NCBI GenBank assembly: GCA_951406725.2
Contig: OX597822.1
Location: forward strand, 76,694,001-76,758,000
DNA length: 64,000 nt
Reading direction: 5' to 3'
Origin: Octopus vulgaris
Lineage: Eukaryota
Shown here: positions 1 to 13,504 of the stretch, one piece after another
Layout of the letters: every line of letters begins with the position of its first letter
Numbering within the stretch: position 1 is the first letter of the stretch
Translations under genes and position numbers: made by a program
The notes under the pieces: generated by a model
What the model saw: the letters and a program-made list of their open reading frames with translations, nothing else
What the model was told of the DNA's origin: nothing
The model's database searches: none

Positions 1-564
1 CATCTTGAAGAATTGCCTTCATCACAGCATCAGCTTTGTGAGCGAATTGCAATAGTTTAATGGTATGGACATGGTGAGAAAGAGAGAGAGAAAGTCAGGC
101 AGACAGACTGACAGATCAATAGACTGATCTGGAAAGAAACAGCTCATTCTGCCATATATTCAAATTATTCTTCTCTTTTTCATTGCTATTCTTTCAAATT
201 CTTATTATGTCCATATTTACATCCCCCCACATCTTCCTCTCTCCCACTCACCACTGCCTTACACACACACACACACACACACACATTCTCTCACTCCAAC
301 GTTGACACCCTCTACAAGTTTATGTGTTAAACAATTTATTTGCTTGTCTTTGTAAAATATCTCTAACAGATCTTTCTAAACACAGTGGAATTCCTTGGGT
401 AATGCTGGAGTCTAAGCATAGGGTGTGGGGGAGTATGCAGGGTGGTGTGGTACATGATGATGGCTTGTGGGGTAGTTCTGCTGTGGCGTGATGTGGTGTG
501 GTGTGGTCTTGTAGAGAGAATGCAAAGAAAATGTGAAGGAAAAACGAATAAGAAAAATACCGAC

Positions 565-711
565 AATACCGCCACCACCACCATCATCATCATCACCACC
601 ATCACCACACTCGCCGCCGCCACCACCACCACCACCATCATCATCACCACTACCACCTTCACCACCACCACCACCACCACCATCACCACCACCACCATCA
701 TCACCATTGCC

Positions 712-742
<31 letters not shown>

Positions 743-840
743 CCACCACCACCAACACCACCACCACCATCACCATCATCATCATCACTACCACCGTGAC
801 CACCACCACCATCATCATCACTACCACCACCACAACCAAT
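565..840. repeat. Compound (CAC)n/(CAT)n trinucleotide microsatellite
   Basis: Direct reading; source of the poly-V/T/P pseudo-ORFs at 363-855. Confidence 0.95.
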
Positions 841-3004
841 AAACCTTCACTGTAAATTCCACCATCAATACTACTGCCATCTTGAAACTACACCGCCATC
901 TTTGTCATCTCTGATAAAGATGAAGAAAGCAAACACACATATACAAAAAAACAAAAAGAAATGTAATAATTGGTGAGGGTGAGGGTTGGTGGTGGTGATG
1001 GGTTGACTGTAGAAATGGTGTTGGTGGAATGATGATGCAAAAGATAAAATTAATTTCGTTGCACCACAGATTTTATGATGAGTTAATCAATATAATGCAC
1101 ATTTTGCTCAGTGAAAGGTTTTTATGTACGTTTTTTATTAATTTTCTTAATTCGTTTTTTTTGTTGTTATATCTAAGGAATGTGTGTCTTCATATATGTA
1201 TATGTGTTTTACGTATGTCTTCTGCATCTGTGTGCATGTGTAAGAGCATGTGTGTGCGTGTGTATGGTGAAAATTGTGTATGAGTGTGTGTGAAATGAAA
1301 ATTGCGCTTTAAAAATGTCGAGAGCGAAGAGAGAAAATATAAATAAGATAACTATAAAACCAGGTGTGAAGTGAAAACTACCATTGCGATCATCCACCGC
1401 ACCACCTTCTAGTTAATGTCCACATAATTTTAAAATATGCCACCAGATGCTCACCAAATGTCTGGCTAATTTATAATTGTATGAGTTTATTCCATCCATA
1501 TGCAATTTAGTATTATTGCTTCAGCAGTATTTTTTAAATTAACTCTTAAATTGATGTCTCCTTTTTCAGACCTTACTTTAGCAACTTATATTAAAGATAC
1601 TGATGCTGTCTTCAAGCATTTATGCTATTCACAAAAGCTTTAGCCACATTATTGATATGTAATGGCTAAAATTTTTCCATAAGAATTGGTTTCAAGTGCA
1701 AAGGAGTGACTCCAAGTTTCAAGCAAGCATTGGCAGCTGGTTAGGAAGTTTGTCTCATGACCAGGCACATTGCATGACTTTTAGAGGCCTCCTGCAACTT
1801 TTTGCTTTGAGGCCCCATCCATTCAATCAAAATTCATAATCTACGCACCTTTTATTCATAGCTATATTTTACTTTATTCTATCTGAAATTCAATATTTCA
1901 CGTTATCCTAAAGAACATCTTTAGTACAAGTTAAATTTATTTAAGATTATTACAAATTTCAATAAATACAACTTCCAGATATGTGAGTATTAAGGACCAG
2001 GGTGTACAAAGCCTATTTAGGTAAGGACGTTCGTGGTGCAATATAATATCTTTACAAGAACTTTTGCAAATACAATGTATTACCGTTTTATTTCTTGAAA
2101 ATCTAAGTTAATATAGTCTAATTCTTGTTTACCATCTTAACTAAAGTAAATAGCTGATATGTACTTTGATAATAACATGGGGTCCCTCAACTACGGAGGC
2201 CCCCTTCGACCACAGGGGTTCGATCTCTCTTTCCTACTATGCACCACGTTGAGCAAATGTCTTCTATCATATCTTTGAATTGATTAAGTTATTGCAAGTG
2301 GAATTTGATAGGCAGAACTGGTAGAGAAACTTATAATAGATAAATAGACAAATAAATAAATATGCAAATAAATAAATATGCAAATAAATAAATAAAGCTC
2401 TTACACAAAATTTTCTTTCCATCAGGTCTGTGCTAATCTTTTTTTTTTTTTTTAAGATTCTAAATATGATTTATTCTTTCTAATTTTGGGACAAACCAGC
2501 AATTTGAGAGGAGTAGATAAATCATTTGCATTGACCTTAGTTTTTGACTGGTATGTTATTTTATTGACTCTAAAATCAAGGATTTTAGGTTAAGTTGACC
2601 TTTGCAGTATTTAAACTCAGAACATAAAGAAGAGCCAAAGGAAATGTTGCTACAAGTCATTCCTGTCATTACCATCCTCATTTTTTTATATATCTATGAA
2701 TGCACCTAAAATACATACTGGAAACTGCTGTAAGTCTGTGATGCCCAAATAAAGAAATGTTTGAGGTTCATTATTTATGTTTTTTCTTACAATCACTTTG
2801 ATCACTCTGTGAAAACATGCCATATTAATTGAAGAATGCAACCATGGATTTAAAAAGTCAACGGCTTATGGACTTCAACTTTGAGTCTTGTCTTAGGATT
2901 ACCTGGAGTTTTATACCAATAAGAAAAACTTTTGTTAACCTGGTGTATTTGTATTAGCAGAGACTCAAGAAGTATTTTGCCAGATTAGCAATAATAATCC
3001 CTCA

Positions 3005-3185
3005 TAAAGCACCCACTACACTCACGGAGTGGTTGGCATTAGGAAGGGCATCCAGCTGTAGAAACATTGCCAGATAAGACTGGAGCCTGGTGCAGCCTTC
3101 TGGCTTCCCAGATCCCCGGTCGAACCATCCAACCCATGCTAGCATGGAGAACGGACGTTAGACAATGATGATGATGATGATGATA
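3005..3185 (+). mobile_element. 3' tail of RTE-type LINE (family C), ending in (GAT)n
   Basis: aaagcacccactacactc...ggaagggcatccagctgtagaaa...ggacgtta+(gat)n; the same sequence ends the RTE ORF2-bearing fragment at 18690-19714. Confidence 0.8.
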
Positions 3186-4229
3186 TATATATATCTTTCT
3201 TAGGGGAAATTTGGCTACTATTTCTAGCAGGTTGATTGATGAACAGAGAGGGGTTTACTTGCTGATTTGTCTAATTCAACTAAAATTAAATCAGAAGGGA
3301 AAGGAATTTCTTTTTGGACAGGATACAAATCAATTACTAGCGTTGCATCAAAATCTGATGCGTATTTGTTGCAAAATAGGTGAAGTAGGGTTTATAAATC
3401 TGTAAGATTGTTTTGCTCATAGATATGGCACGTAATTGTGTGTGACTTAGTTCAGATAGTTGTGTAGAATAGCAATGAGATTTATTGTGCAGCGAATATG
3501 AACTTATGACTCATGTTTCGGTATGTCTGTAATTTATTCACTCGGTAATTTTGCCTTTAACGAATATGCAAATCTATACGAATTTGTAAATTAACATGCC
3601 ACAAGGCCTGGAAGGTATGGCTTCTCTGATGATTGTTCCGATCACATGGATATTTAAATAAAGTCGGTGAAACTCTACACTTCTTTCGGATGTACACGCA
3701 TACACACACATATGCATTTATTTGCACATATGTGCATACACGCAATTGCACACTCACACACATACACACATGAATGCACACATACATGTGCACACCCAGA
3801 GCAAGCCAACTAAACATGTGTAAATTTTTAATTTTATTTATGACTTAATGAAGAGAATGAAAGCAGGTCCCATGATCTTATTGCAAGGTCTTTGGGTGGG
3901 GAAAAGAAAGAAATAATGCACATTTTATGGGAAATCATCAAACCAGAGACTAATTTGAATAATGCATGCAAAACTGAGTGGTGTCTGCTGAAGGTATCAA
4001 AGGACCAAGCAGTGATATTAAACCAGGTGACTACTTATAGTGCTGGACTGTGCTTATTACTACACATATTTAGCGCTAGTGAAGTATGCTATTGAAGTGC
4101 TGGTGTTTGTGCAGTATCAGTAACATGTTACAGACATATCAAACCCTCATTTTGGTCATAAGGTACTCTTTCGACTAAGCAATCTCTTTCAACTGAGCAT
4201 ACTTACCAGTGCTAACATGGCAAAAATTA

Positions 4230-4465
4230 AAGGCGGCAAGCTGGCAGAATCGTTAGCACGCCGGGCGAAAAGCTTAGCGGTATTTCGTCTGCCGTTACGT
4301 TCTGAATTCAAATTCCGCTGAAGTCGACTTTGCGTTTCATCCTTTCGGGATCGATAAATTAGGTACCAGTTATGCACTGAGGGTGATGTAATCGATTGAA
4401 TCCCTTTGTCTGTCCTTGTTTGTCCCTTCTATGTTTAGCCCCTTGTGGGCAATAAAGAAATAAGG
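4230..4465 (+). mobile_element. tRNA-derived SINE family A, full length, with 16-bp TSD
   Basis: A-box-like gctggcagaatcgttagc, B-box-like gaattcaaattcc, central tttcatcctttcgggatcgataaatt domain; TSD AACATGGCAAAAATTA at 4214-4229 and 4466-4481. Confidence 0.9.
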
Positions 4466-4688
4466 AACATGGCAAAAATTAGCAAGAGAAATATTAACAG
4501 GGCGTGACCGTTTGGTTAAGAAACTTGTTCAGAAATCACATAGTTCTAGGTTCAGTCCCACTGTACAGTAGCTAGGGCAAATCTCTTCTACAATGACTCT
4601 GGGCCACCCAATGTTTGTTGTAGATGGAAACTGTGTGGAAGTCCATTGCATATATATATGTGTGTGTGTGTGTGTGTATTTGTATGTA

Positions 4689-4925
4689 TAGGGTTGGCCA
4701 AAAGTCACCTGACAGTAACTCAAAATTCCATAAATATATAATATTCAATTTTATTTATTCATTCCAATTATGAACGTTCAATAATTGAATGCTGTGAGTT
4801 AAAATCACCATTTTTTTTTTCAACATTTGTCTATTTATTAGCAAAGTCTCATATAAAATAATTTGTTTTTATCTTGGAATTAAATGGGTTTTGATTTACT
4901 GTTAGGTGACTTTTGGACAACCCTG
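4689..4925. mobile_element. Tc1/mariner-type MITE
   Basis: About 30-bp TIRs (agggttggccaaaagtcacctgacagtaa / ttactgttaggtgacttttggacaaccct), flanked by TA. Confidence 0.85.
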
Positions 4926-4933
4926 TACATATA

Positions 4934-4980
<47 letters not shown>

Positions 4981-5613
4981 CAAAAAATTTTATACAAAGG
5001 AGACTATAATAAAAATAATAATAATGGTGAAATGAAGAACAAGTATGTAGTGTGTGTGTTTAATTGGTAAAAAGATATCCCCAAATATAACAATATATAT
5101 ATACAGTATATATATTCCCTTTTTCTCTTCCTCTCTTTTTCACCATTTTCTATCTGTCTCTCTCTCCTTCCCCTCTTTCTCTTTTTCTCGTTGCTAACAC
5201 CATTGTTTCTTTACCTCATGTGACTATCTTTCTTTTCCTGCAAGGAAAGTATTTCTCCCAGCATTCACTATTTTCCTCTCATTCTGGTCTAATGATCCTT
5301 CATGTTTGTTTTCGTTCAGTTTCCTTACATGTATCGACTGTCCTGTTTTTGTTCTCAACTCCCCCCCCCCCATAAATCCTAAATTATATTTTAGAATTTA
5401 TGGGAGCAACAGTCTTTGAAGACTCATAGTGTCACTGAATGCTTGAGATGAGGAGTAGATAGACAGCCGGCAACTGATGAAGGGTCCTTTCTCTGTGCTT
5501 ACTTGTCCTATTTTCCATTTTTTACTCTCATTTACATATTTAACTCATATGTTTATGTATTTTATGTTGTTTGCACAATTGCTGACATCCTGTACTCATA
5601 TATGCATATATCG

Positions 5614-5619
<6 letters not shown>

Positions 5620-5649
<30 letters not shown>

Positions 5650-5654
5650 TTATA

Positions 5655-5694
<40 letters not shown>

Positions 5695-5699
5695 CGAAT

Positions 5700-5783
<84 letters not shown>

Positions 5784-5818
5784 CATTATATATATATATG
5801 TATATAGATATTATCGTA

Positions 5819-5852
<34 letters not shown>

Positions 5853-5890
5853 CATTATTATATATATGTATATAGATATTATCATATATA

Positions 5891-5922
<32 letters not shown>

Positions 5923-6000
5923 TGTTTATCATCATATATATATTATATATATACACACAGTATATTTATATATATTATATAAATATATATATGTATATAT
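5620..6000. repeat. Long imperfect (TA)n microsatellite
   Basis: Direct reading. Confidence 0.95.
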
Positions 6001-6001
6001 A

Positions 6002-6350
6002 TGGAATAATGGAAGCACTCCGTCGGTTACGACAATGAGGGTTCCGGATCCGATCAACAGATCCGATCAACAGAACAGCCTGCTTAACGTAGTTCTTGGG
6101 GATATTCAGCGTGACACAGAGAGTGACAAGGCCGGCCCTTTGAAATACAGGTACAACAGAAACAGGAAGTAAGAGTGAGAGAAAGTTGTGGTGAAAGAGT
6201 ACAGCAGGGATCACCACCATCCCTGCCGGAGCCTCGTGGAGCTTTAGGTGTTTTCGCTCAATAAACACTCACAACGCCCGGTCTGGGAATCGAAACCACG
6301 ATCCTACGACCACGAGTCTGCTGCCCTAACCACTGGGCCATTGCGCCTCC
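6002..6350 (-). mobile_element. tRNA-derived SINE family D
   Basis: Minus strand begins ggaggcgcaatggcccagtggttagggcagcagactcgtgg...ggtttcgattccc (A and B boxes); inserted in a (TA)n tract. Confidence 0.85.
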
Positions 6351-6404
<54 letters not shown>

Positions 6405-7554
6405 TATATTTATATATATACTGTATATATATATTTATATATGTGTATGTATATATATATGCATGTATGTATGTATATATGTATGTTGTATGCATGTATA
6501 TGTATATATGTGTGTGTATTGCATCATCATCATCAGCAGCAGCATCATTTGATGTCTGTGTTCCATGCTGGTCTAGGTTGAACAGTTTAACTTAGAATCT
6601 GATGAACCAAAGAACTGCATCAAGCCTGTATGCGTGTACGTCTTTGTGTCTGTTTGTCACCCTCCACCACCACCACCACCACCACTTCAGAGTATTGGTG
6701 TTGGTTTATTTACATTCCTATAATTTAGTGGTTTAGCAAAAGACATTAATGGCATCACTACCAGATGTAACAAGACAAATACTGAAGCTCCTTTCAGCTG
6801 AAACCCTTTAAGGTGGAGCCCTCATCGTGGCTCTTGTCCAATGACTGAAACAAACAAAAGATAAAAAAAAACAATTAAAGAATGGCTAAATAAAGAACAG
6901 AATTGCAGAATGGTAAAACCAATTACAAAACGAATAGCAAGAATTAAAATAGAGTAAATAGTAAAAGAAAAAAACACAGCAAACCATAACTTTTGATTCA
7001 CTGAAATATATTTTTGGTTTTTCAGCATTTTGTTAATCTAAAGAAAGGAAGTGGTATTCTTAGTTTAAGAGAGGAGATTTACACCAGAGAAGAAACAGTT
7101 AATAAGATGTGATAATTAAGTCTAATAAAAGACTTTGGCTTTAATGAAAATTTTAACTGGGTTTTCCCTTTAATTAGTCTTACTGACGTGATTATAGATT
7201 GATGTTATGCATGTACCGGAAAGCAAGAGATGATCGAATAATAGCACTTTCTGTTTCTTCTCATTGGTTGGTTTGTTTTATTATTCTTATGAAGAATTCT
7301 TCTGGCAGAAAATAGAACAAGAGAGGAGAAAACAAGAGAGGTAGATAGAAAGAGAGAAAGAAACAGAGAGAGAGGGGGGAGGGAGGAGCGAAGGTAAGAG
7401 GAGAATGAAAAGACAAAATTAAGAGAAGAAATAAATTAGCAAAATGGAAGAAGAAGAAAAACAAAAGAGAAAAACAATGTAAAAAAAAATGTTTACGAAA
7501 GTGCATATGAGGTTTCAGAATTCCTTAAAGGAAGGAAGAATTGAGGAGGATTTG

Positions 7555-7975
7555 TTGTGATTGTGATGATGATGATGGTGATGGTGACGATGGTAAAGGT
7601 GATGATGATAATGACAGTGATGGTGATGATGTTAGTGATGATGACGATGATGGTGACGATGAAGATAATGGTGATGATGGTGAAGGGGATGAGGATAGTG
7701 ATGATGATGATGACAGTGATGATGATGATGATGGTGATGATGATGAGTAGATAGAGGAGTTGGAGTCTGATAACAATGATGATGCTAACGATAACGATGA
7801 TGTTTATGATAGTGACTATGACAATGGTTACAAGGAAGACAATATAATCGCTGAATTTGATAGAAATGATGACAACGACGATGATGAGGGTGGTGGTGTT
7901 GATGATGATGCCACTGCTGTTAACGATGATGATAACGATGATGATGATAGCAATGAACAAATGATGATGAGGGAC
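7555..7975. repeat. Degenerate (GAT)n trinucleotide tract
   Basis: Direct reading; gives poly-D/M pseudo-ORFs. Confidence 0.9.
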
Positions 7976-8821
7976 TGGTGCAGTAATTGTTGAGGAATTC
8001 AATTTAAGAAGCACAGCAAATCAGAATTTCAATGGAAGAAACAGGAAATGAGATGTTGCAATATTTGTGACCTTCTGGAAAAAGGTACAGATACAAGAGA
8101 ACAAAAAAAAAATATTAAAGGGTTCTAATTCTGATCTGAAACTAGAATACATTCTCATTTCACCCATAATCTACCAACAGACTGTAGTATCTCTCCCTAA
8201 CAAAAAACAAAATCTTCTGTGCACCTGAACTAATGCAGTGCACCTGAAATATTGTAGTGCACCTGAGCACTGTATACATTAAATTCATTATTATTAGATA
8301 AAAACTGTAATGTAGGCAAGCTGGAAGAATCGTTGTCATACCAAATTGCTTCATGGCATTTATTCTAGCTTATCAAATGCCACTCATGTTAATTCTGCCT
8401 CTCGTAATTGCTGGGTCAATAAAATAAGTACCAGTTAATCGTTGGGGGTCAATGTAATTGAGTTCCCCTCCCCACAGTATCGCTGGACTTGTGCTAAATT
8501 CAGAAAGAATTATGTACAATCCCTTTTAGTAAAGTAGTATAAATTGCATGCATGTAACATATGAAAATGTGCACTTGGTTAAAGAGTATGAATTACATAG
8601 ATATTTCTGTGAACATCCTGGCAAAGACACCAAATTCTTCAGTTTCTGTTTTTTTGATTTCTTAGAAAAATTATCAGCAGTAAATTGGCTTATAATTCTA
8701 AATTCAAATTCTACCAACAAACTGACTTTATTTCCCATACTTTATATTCTACACAAGGTCACGCTAAACTAAGTTGTACTTTAATGAACCAATTATAATA
8801 GTTACTAACAAGTTGTGTCTT

Positions 8822-8950
8822 ACAGTTCTATATTTAAGAGATGAATTATTTACATTTGACCACTATGCCATATGCCCATGGGCATATGGCGTAGTGGTTA
8901 AGAGCATGAGCTACTAACCCCAAAATTCCGAGTTCGATTCCAAGTAGTGA

Positions 8951-8992
<42 letters not shown>

Positions 8993-9132
8993 GGAAAAAT
9001 ACCTTAGGAATGAGAACCCAGGTTCGAAATTTCCCCAAGATACCTGATGAAGGCTGGAGGGTATATCAGCCGAAATTTTGTGTTAGCAACAAACAATATG
9101 AGGACAAATATCCGTCAAATGTAAATAATGTG
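8822..9132 (+). mobile_element. Family E: non-autonomous Penelope-derived element (tRNA-like head, (AAT)n, hammerhead) with an inverted 5' segment
   Basis: 12-bp TSD AAGTTGTGTCTT (8810-8821 / 9133-9144); 40-bp palindrome 8859-8898; A box TGGCGTAGTGG and B box GAGTTCGATTCC at about 8887-8941; HHR at 9039-9084; related copies at 41431, 42698 and 52469. Confidence 0.85.
9039..9084 (+). ncRNA. Minimal type I hammerhead ribozyme motif (family E)
   Basis: GATAC-CTGATGA-A-GGCTG(gagggtatat)CAGCC-GAAA-TT-TT-GTGTT: core intact, stem II GGCTG/CAGCC, stem I GATAC/GTGTT; family consensus stem III is the palindrome AACGTT. Confidence 0.75.
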
Positions 9133-10071
9133 AAGTTGTGTCTTTATACATAAGAGTGAACAAAAATTTCACTTATAGCTGGAGCTGTTTCACTTCATTC
9201 AAAATATGTATCAGGCCTCTGTAGAAAGGCATGAATGTCGAACAATCTCGATTCCACCCTTCCCTGCTGTAAATCAAATGTGTTTGACCCTATGTAAGAA
9301 ACGGCGGTGCGTTGATGCCAGACTTGGACATCAAGTGACTGGAGCTGTCTGCAGAAAGCATTCTGCCTGAAAGACAGTTTGGAACCAAGCCACAAACATC
9401 CTTCAACAAAAACAAAAGGAAACGAAGCTAGAAATAAAAACAGAGAATAAGTAAAATGCACAAGACAAGTGGAAACTCATTTATTATAGGAAATCTTTAA
9501 AATAAAATGACATTTTGGCAAAACTGTCTTTCAGGTTGAATTTTTATAAATAAGATAAATATAGTTACATTAATTATCTCCCAAGATGTGAATGTAACAC
9601 ATCATAACACAATACAGCGCTGCATGGGGTTTGCAGCAACATAGGGTGAGCTGAATATAGACAGGGGTGTGTGCCTGTGGAGATGAGAATGGTTGTGGTG
9701 GGTCTGGTGATAGTGATGGTGATGGTATAGGTCTTCTGTTTCACCATGTTATAAATATGTCTGATTTTCTTCCATGTTTAGAATTTTAACTATTTTCTTT
9801 TTAATTATATATTGTTTTTATTTATTTTGTGTATATATGTTTGTTTGCTTTTTTTGGTGGGGTATATTTTTGTTTTTAAGGAACAAAACAGTTAGTTTTA
9901 AAATCTCTGGTTTGTTTGTTTGTTTTCTTTTTTTTTTCTTGTTTTTTGCCAGTTTCAAAAATGCAAAATTTTCAGAAAAATTTTAATAGACTTGACCAGA
10001 TTTCAGAACCAGTTTTTGAAATTCTACTGCTGCTCCATGAATCACTCATACACACACACACACACGCATGT

Positions 10072-10109
<38 letters not shown>

Positions 10110-10578
10110 GCACGCACGCACACACACACGCACACACACATGCACGTACGCATGCAAACACACACATATTTTCTCCCATACTTTCTCTTAGATTCTGTTT
10201 CTCTTTCTCTCTCTCTCTCTTCCTCTCCCTCTCTCTCTCTCTCTGTCACACACACACCATGCAAATTCGAATCTATTACTTTTTCTTCCTTTCTCAGAAA
10301 ATTTCTCCCCTCACCCCTCTCTCTTTCTCTCTCTATCTCTCTCTCATATACATATAACCTCACACTTTCTTTCTCACCCCTTCTATCCATACACACGATT
10401 TTTCTCTTATTCTTTCCTTCCTTCTCCCACAAACAATTTCTCTCACATACACACATACACAAACACACATGCACACACACACAAACATACACCTGCATAC
10501 CGTGATCTAGAGAAATAATGAGCTACTTTTATTTCCTACCTCAACACCTCACACACACACACTCTCTTTCTCTCTTCC

Positions 10579-10616
<38 letters not shown>

Positions 10617-11977
10617 CCTCTCTCTTTCTCTCTCTCTCCCTCTCTCCCTCTATTTGCATGTAACAGTTCCTTGACACCAATGTAGTGTGTACATATAAAC
10701 TGCTACCAAACACTTCTTTGTACTCAGATACAATCAGTAATGAAAAGGAAAGAGCGTATACAGAAGGGGGTGGCTAAGGTGTTCCCCTCCTTTCCAGCTC
10801 ACTATGACGTATGGCTTATAGCATTTTCCTGCACCATCTCAACCTCAGTCTTCTGGATCTTAAATTATCCTCTAGTCCCTAATACCAGTGGTTAGAGTGT
10901 CGGGCTTCTGATCAAAGACTTTGCAATTCAAAAAAGTGGAATGAAACTTTTCAAATATAATTAAAGTAGAAAAAATAAACATTATTTTCTCCCTTACTCT
11001 TAGCTTTGTTTCATTTTGAAAAATAGAAATTTATTTTAATGTTTATTGTTGTTTACATTTCGAATTATATATGGAGACACCAAAATCTTTTGACTGCTTA
11101 GGGCCTCTATGGATCTTAATCTGGCCCTGTGCATGACACAGATGTTAGCAACATTATAGCTGTGCTAAGTTAGTTCTAGAATGTTTCTGAAAAATGACAT
11201 TTTACTTGCAAAAACAAAACAACAATTCTAAACCATTCAGATCAGATCAATCATTAACCAACTTGGTTTTCCCAACATTAGTCAATCCATTCCCCAGGCC
11301 ACAGCTCCTGTCCATCACATTCCTCAAGTATGATATCTCACTCAGCACAACATCTCCTATTCTTGGTAAAAATAATGAAACAAAAGATGAAAAAATTTTC
11401 AATGGAAAGATATGAAAATAATATCAACACTGTATGTGAACTCATCTGTAAAATTATAGAAGACTTATGGTTTAAAGCACTGGGTTATAAAGATCAATAA
11501 AAAAGGTCTCCAAGAGATCATACTCTCTTCTTTTAAGAAGGAACAATGTTTATTTTGACCTGACCAATCTGAATGGAGAACTAGGTTAGCACTTCTAATT
11601 CACCGTCGAATGGTTTAACTTGATAAAATAGTTGCTCTCCCATACTGCTGTGCTTTTCTCTAATGCACATATGCTTGTCTGTCATACATACGAATATATC
11701 TCATCATCGTCATATATCGCCATGCTGGCATGGGTTGGAAGAGTATGGCAGGAGTTGGTAAGCCAGAGGACTGCGCCAAACTTGACTGTCTGCTTTGGTA
11801 TAGTTCATATGGCTCAACCACTTTACAGAGTGTGCTGGGTACTGTTATGTAGCACCACATGGGTGCTTTTACGTGATGCTTCACGGGCTCTTTTCCATGG
11901 CACTGCACAGGTGCTTTTATGTGACACTGCACAGATGTGTGTGTGTGTGTGTGATCCTCATTATTAACATCCACTTG

Positions 11978-12668
11978 AAGGCAGCAAGCTGGCAGGCAGA
12001 AATTTTAGCACACTGGGCGAAATACTTAGAGGTATTTTGTCTGTGGCGAGCTGGCAGAAACGTTAGCATGCCGGGCGAAATGTGTAGCCGTATTTCGTCT
12101 GCCGTTACATTCTGAGTTCAAATTCAGCCGAGGTCGACTTTGCCTTTCATCCTTTCAGGGTTGATTAAATAAGTACCAGTTATGCACTGGGGTCGATATA
12201 ATTGACTTATTCCCTTTGTCTGTCCTTGTTTGTCCCCTCTGTGTTTAGCCCCTTGTGGGTAGTAAAGAAATAGAAATAGGTATTTCATCTGCCGTTACAT
12301 TCTGAGTTCAAATTCCACCAAGGTCAACTTTGCCTTTCATCCTTTCGGGGTTGATAAATAAAGTACCTGTTACGCACTGCGGTCGATGTAATCGACTTAA
12401 TCCCTTTGTCTGTCCTTGTTTGTTCCCTCTATGTGTAGCCCCTTGTGGGCAATAAAGAAATAAGGATCATTAGCATCTCCGGCGAAATGCTTAGTGGCAT
12501 TTTTGCTGTTGCTATATTCTGAGTTCAAGTTCTGCCAAGGTCGACTTTACCTTTCATCCTTTTGGTGTCGATAAATTAAGTACCAGCTTCACACTGGGGT
12601 CAATCCAACTGACTTAAACCCTCCCCCTAAGTTTCAGGTTTTGTACCTATATTAAAAAGGATTATTAT
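11978..12668 (+). mobile_element. Nested or tandem cluster of three family A SINEs
   Basis: Three copies of the gagttcaa...tttcatcctt...agtacc body; inner copy 12044-12277 is flanked by aggtattttgtctg / aggtatttcatctg. Confidence 0.85.
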
Positions 12669-12924
12669 CGTCCACTTATACTTGCTCACATGGACCGGAT
12701 GGATTTCACTGAGGCAGATTTTCTATAGCTGGATGCTCTTCCTGTCACACATCTTCACCTGCTTCCTGAGATGATAATTTCCCAGAATTAAACTGAAGAT
12801 TGGAAAAGAACAACTTCACATGCATGACGGTTACACTTATTCAAAACCGTCAAATGGTGTCTAGACAAGGATACACACTAAAACACACACACACACAATG
12901 TAGTGTGTGTGTTTGTATATATAT

Positions 12925-13258
12925 ATGGAGACAAAGTGGCTGGGCTCCTTTCAAGTGTCGGCCTTCATGGAGGCAATGACCGTGATCTTTGGCGTGATGT
13001 CGTGCTTGAGAAAAATCACCGTTGCAGCACATACCGGTGTCACACAACTGGTACCCATGCCAGTGACACATAAAAGCACCCATTACACTCTCGGAGTGGT
13101 TGATGATAAGAAGGGCATCCAGCAGTAAAAAACCAAGCCAAATCAGACTGGAGTCTGGTGCAGCCTTCCAGCATGCCAGTCCAGTCAAACCGTCCAACCA
13201 TCCATGCCAGCATGGACAACAGACGTTAAATGATGATGATGATGATGATGATGATGAT
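12925..13258 (+). mobile_element. RTE LINE 3' fragment (family C)
   Basis: gaggcaatgacc matches the RTE ORF2 end near 19154; followed by the family C tail and (GAT)n. Confidence 0.75.
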
Positions 13259-13268
13259 ATTAAATATA

Positions 13269-13480
13269 CAGGGTGGCCCAAAAGTACTTTTACAGCTATT
13301 CAACTATCTCCTTCGCATTCACATATTAACAGTTTAGATCTTAATTATAAATATATATGAAACCATTATTTTATGCTAATTTAGTTAATTGTAAAATAAA
13401 GATTTAAATGTAATAAAATGTTTTAAAAGAAATTTAAAGTGCCTACATAATAACTGTAAACCTACTTTTGGGCTACCCTG
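13269..13480. mobile_element. Tc1/mariner-type MITE
   Basis: TIRs cagggtggcccaaaagta / tacttttgggctaccctg with TA flanks. Confidence 0.85.
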
Positions 13481-13504
13481 TACATTCATACATATATATA
13501 TATA

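Noticed and set aside
363-855. Long ORFs rich in V/T/P, and all YI/HT/CV/poly-D/poly-M ORFs in the track
   Set aside because: Translations of di- and trinucleotide microsatellites; no domain or splice support.
5474-5520. CTGATGAAGGG half core
   Set aside because: No GAAA or closing stems found nearby.
8880-8955. Possible tRNA gene (anticodon ACT)
   Set aside because: Acceptor and T stems pair poorly and it is the head of a repeated element.
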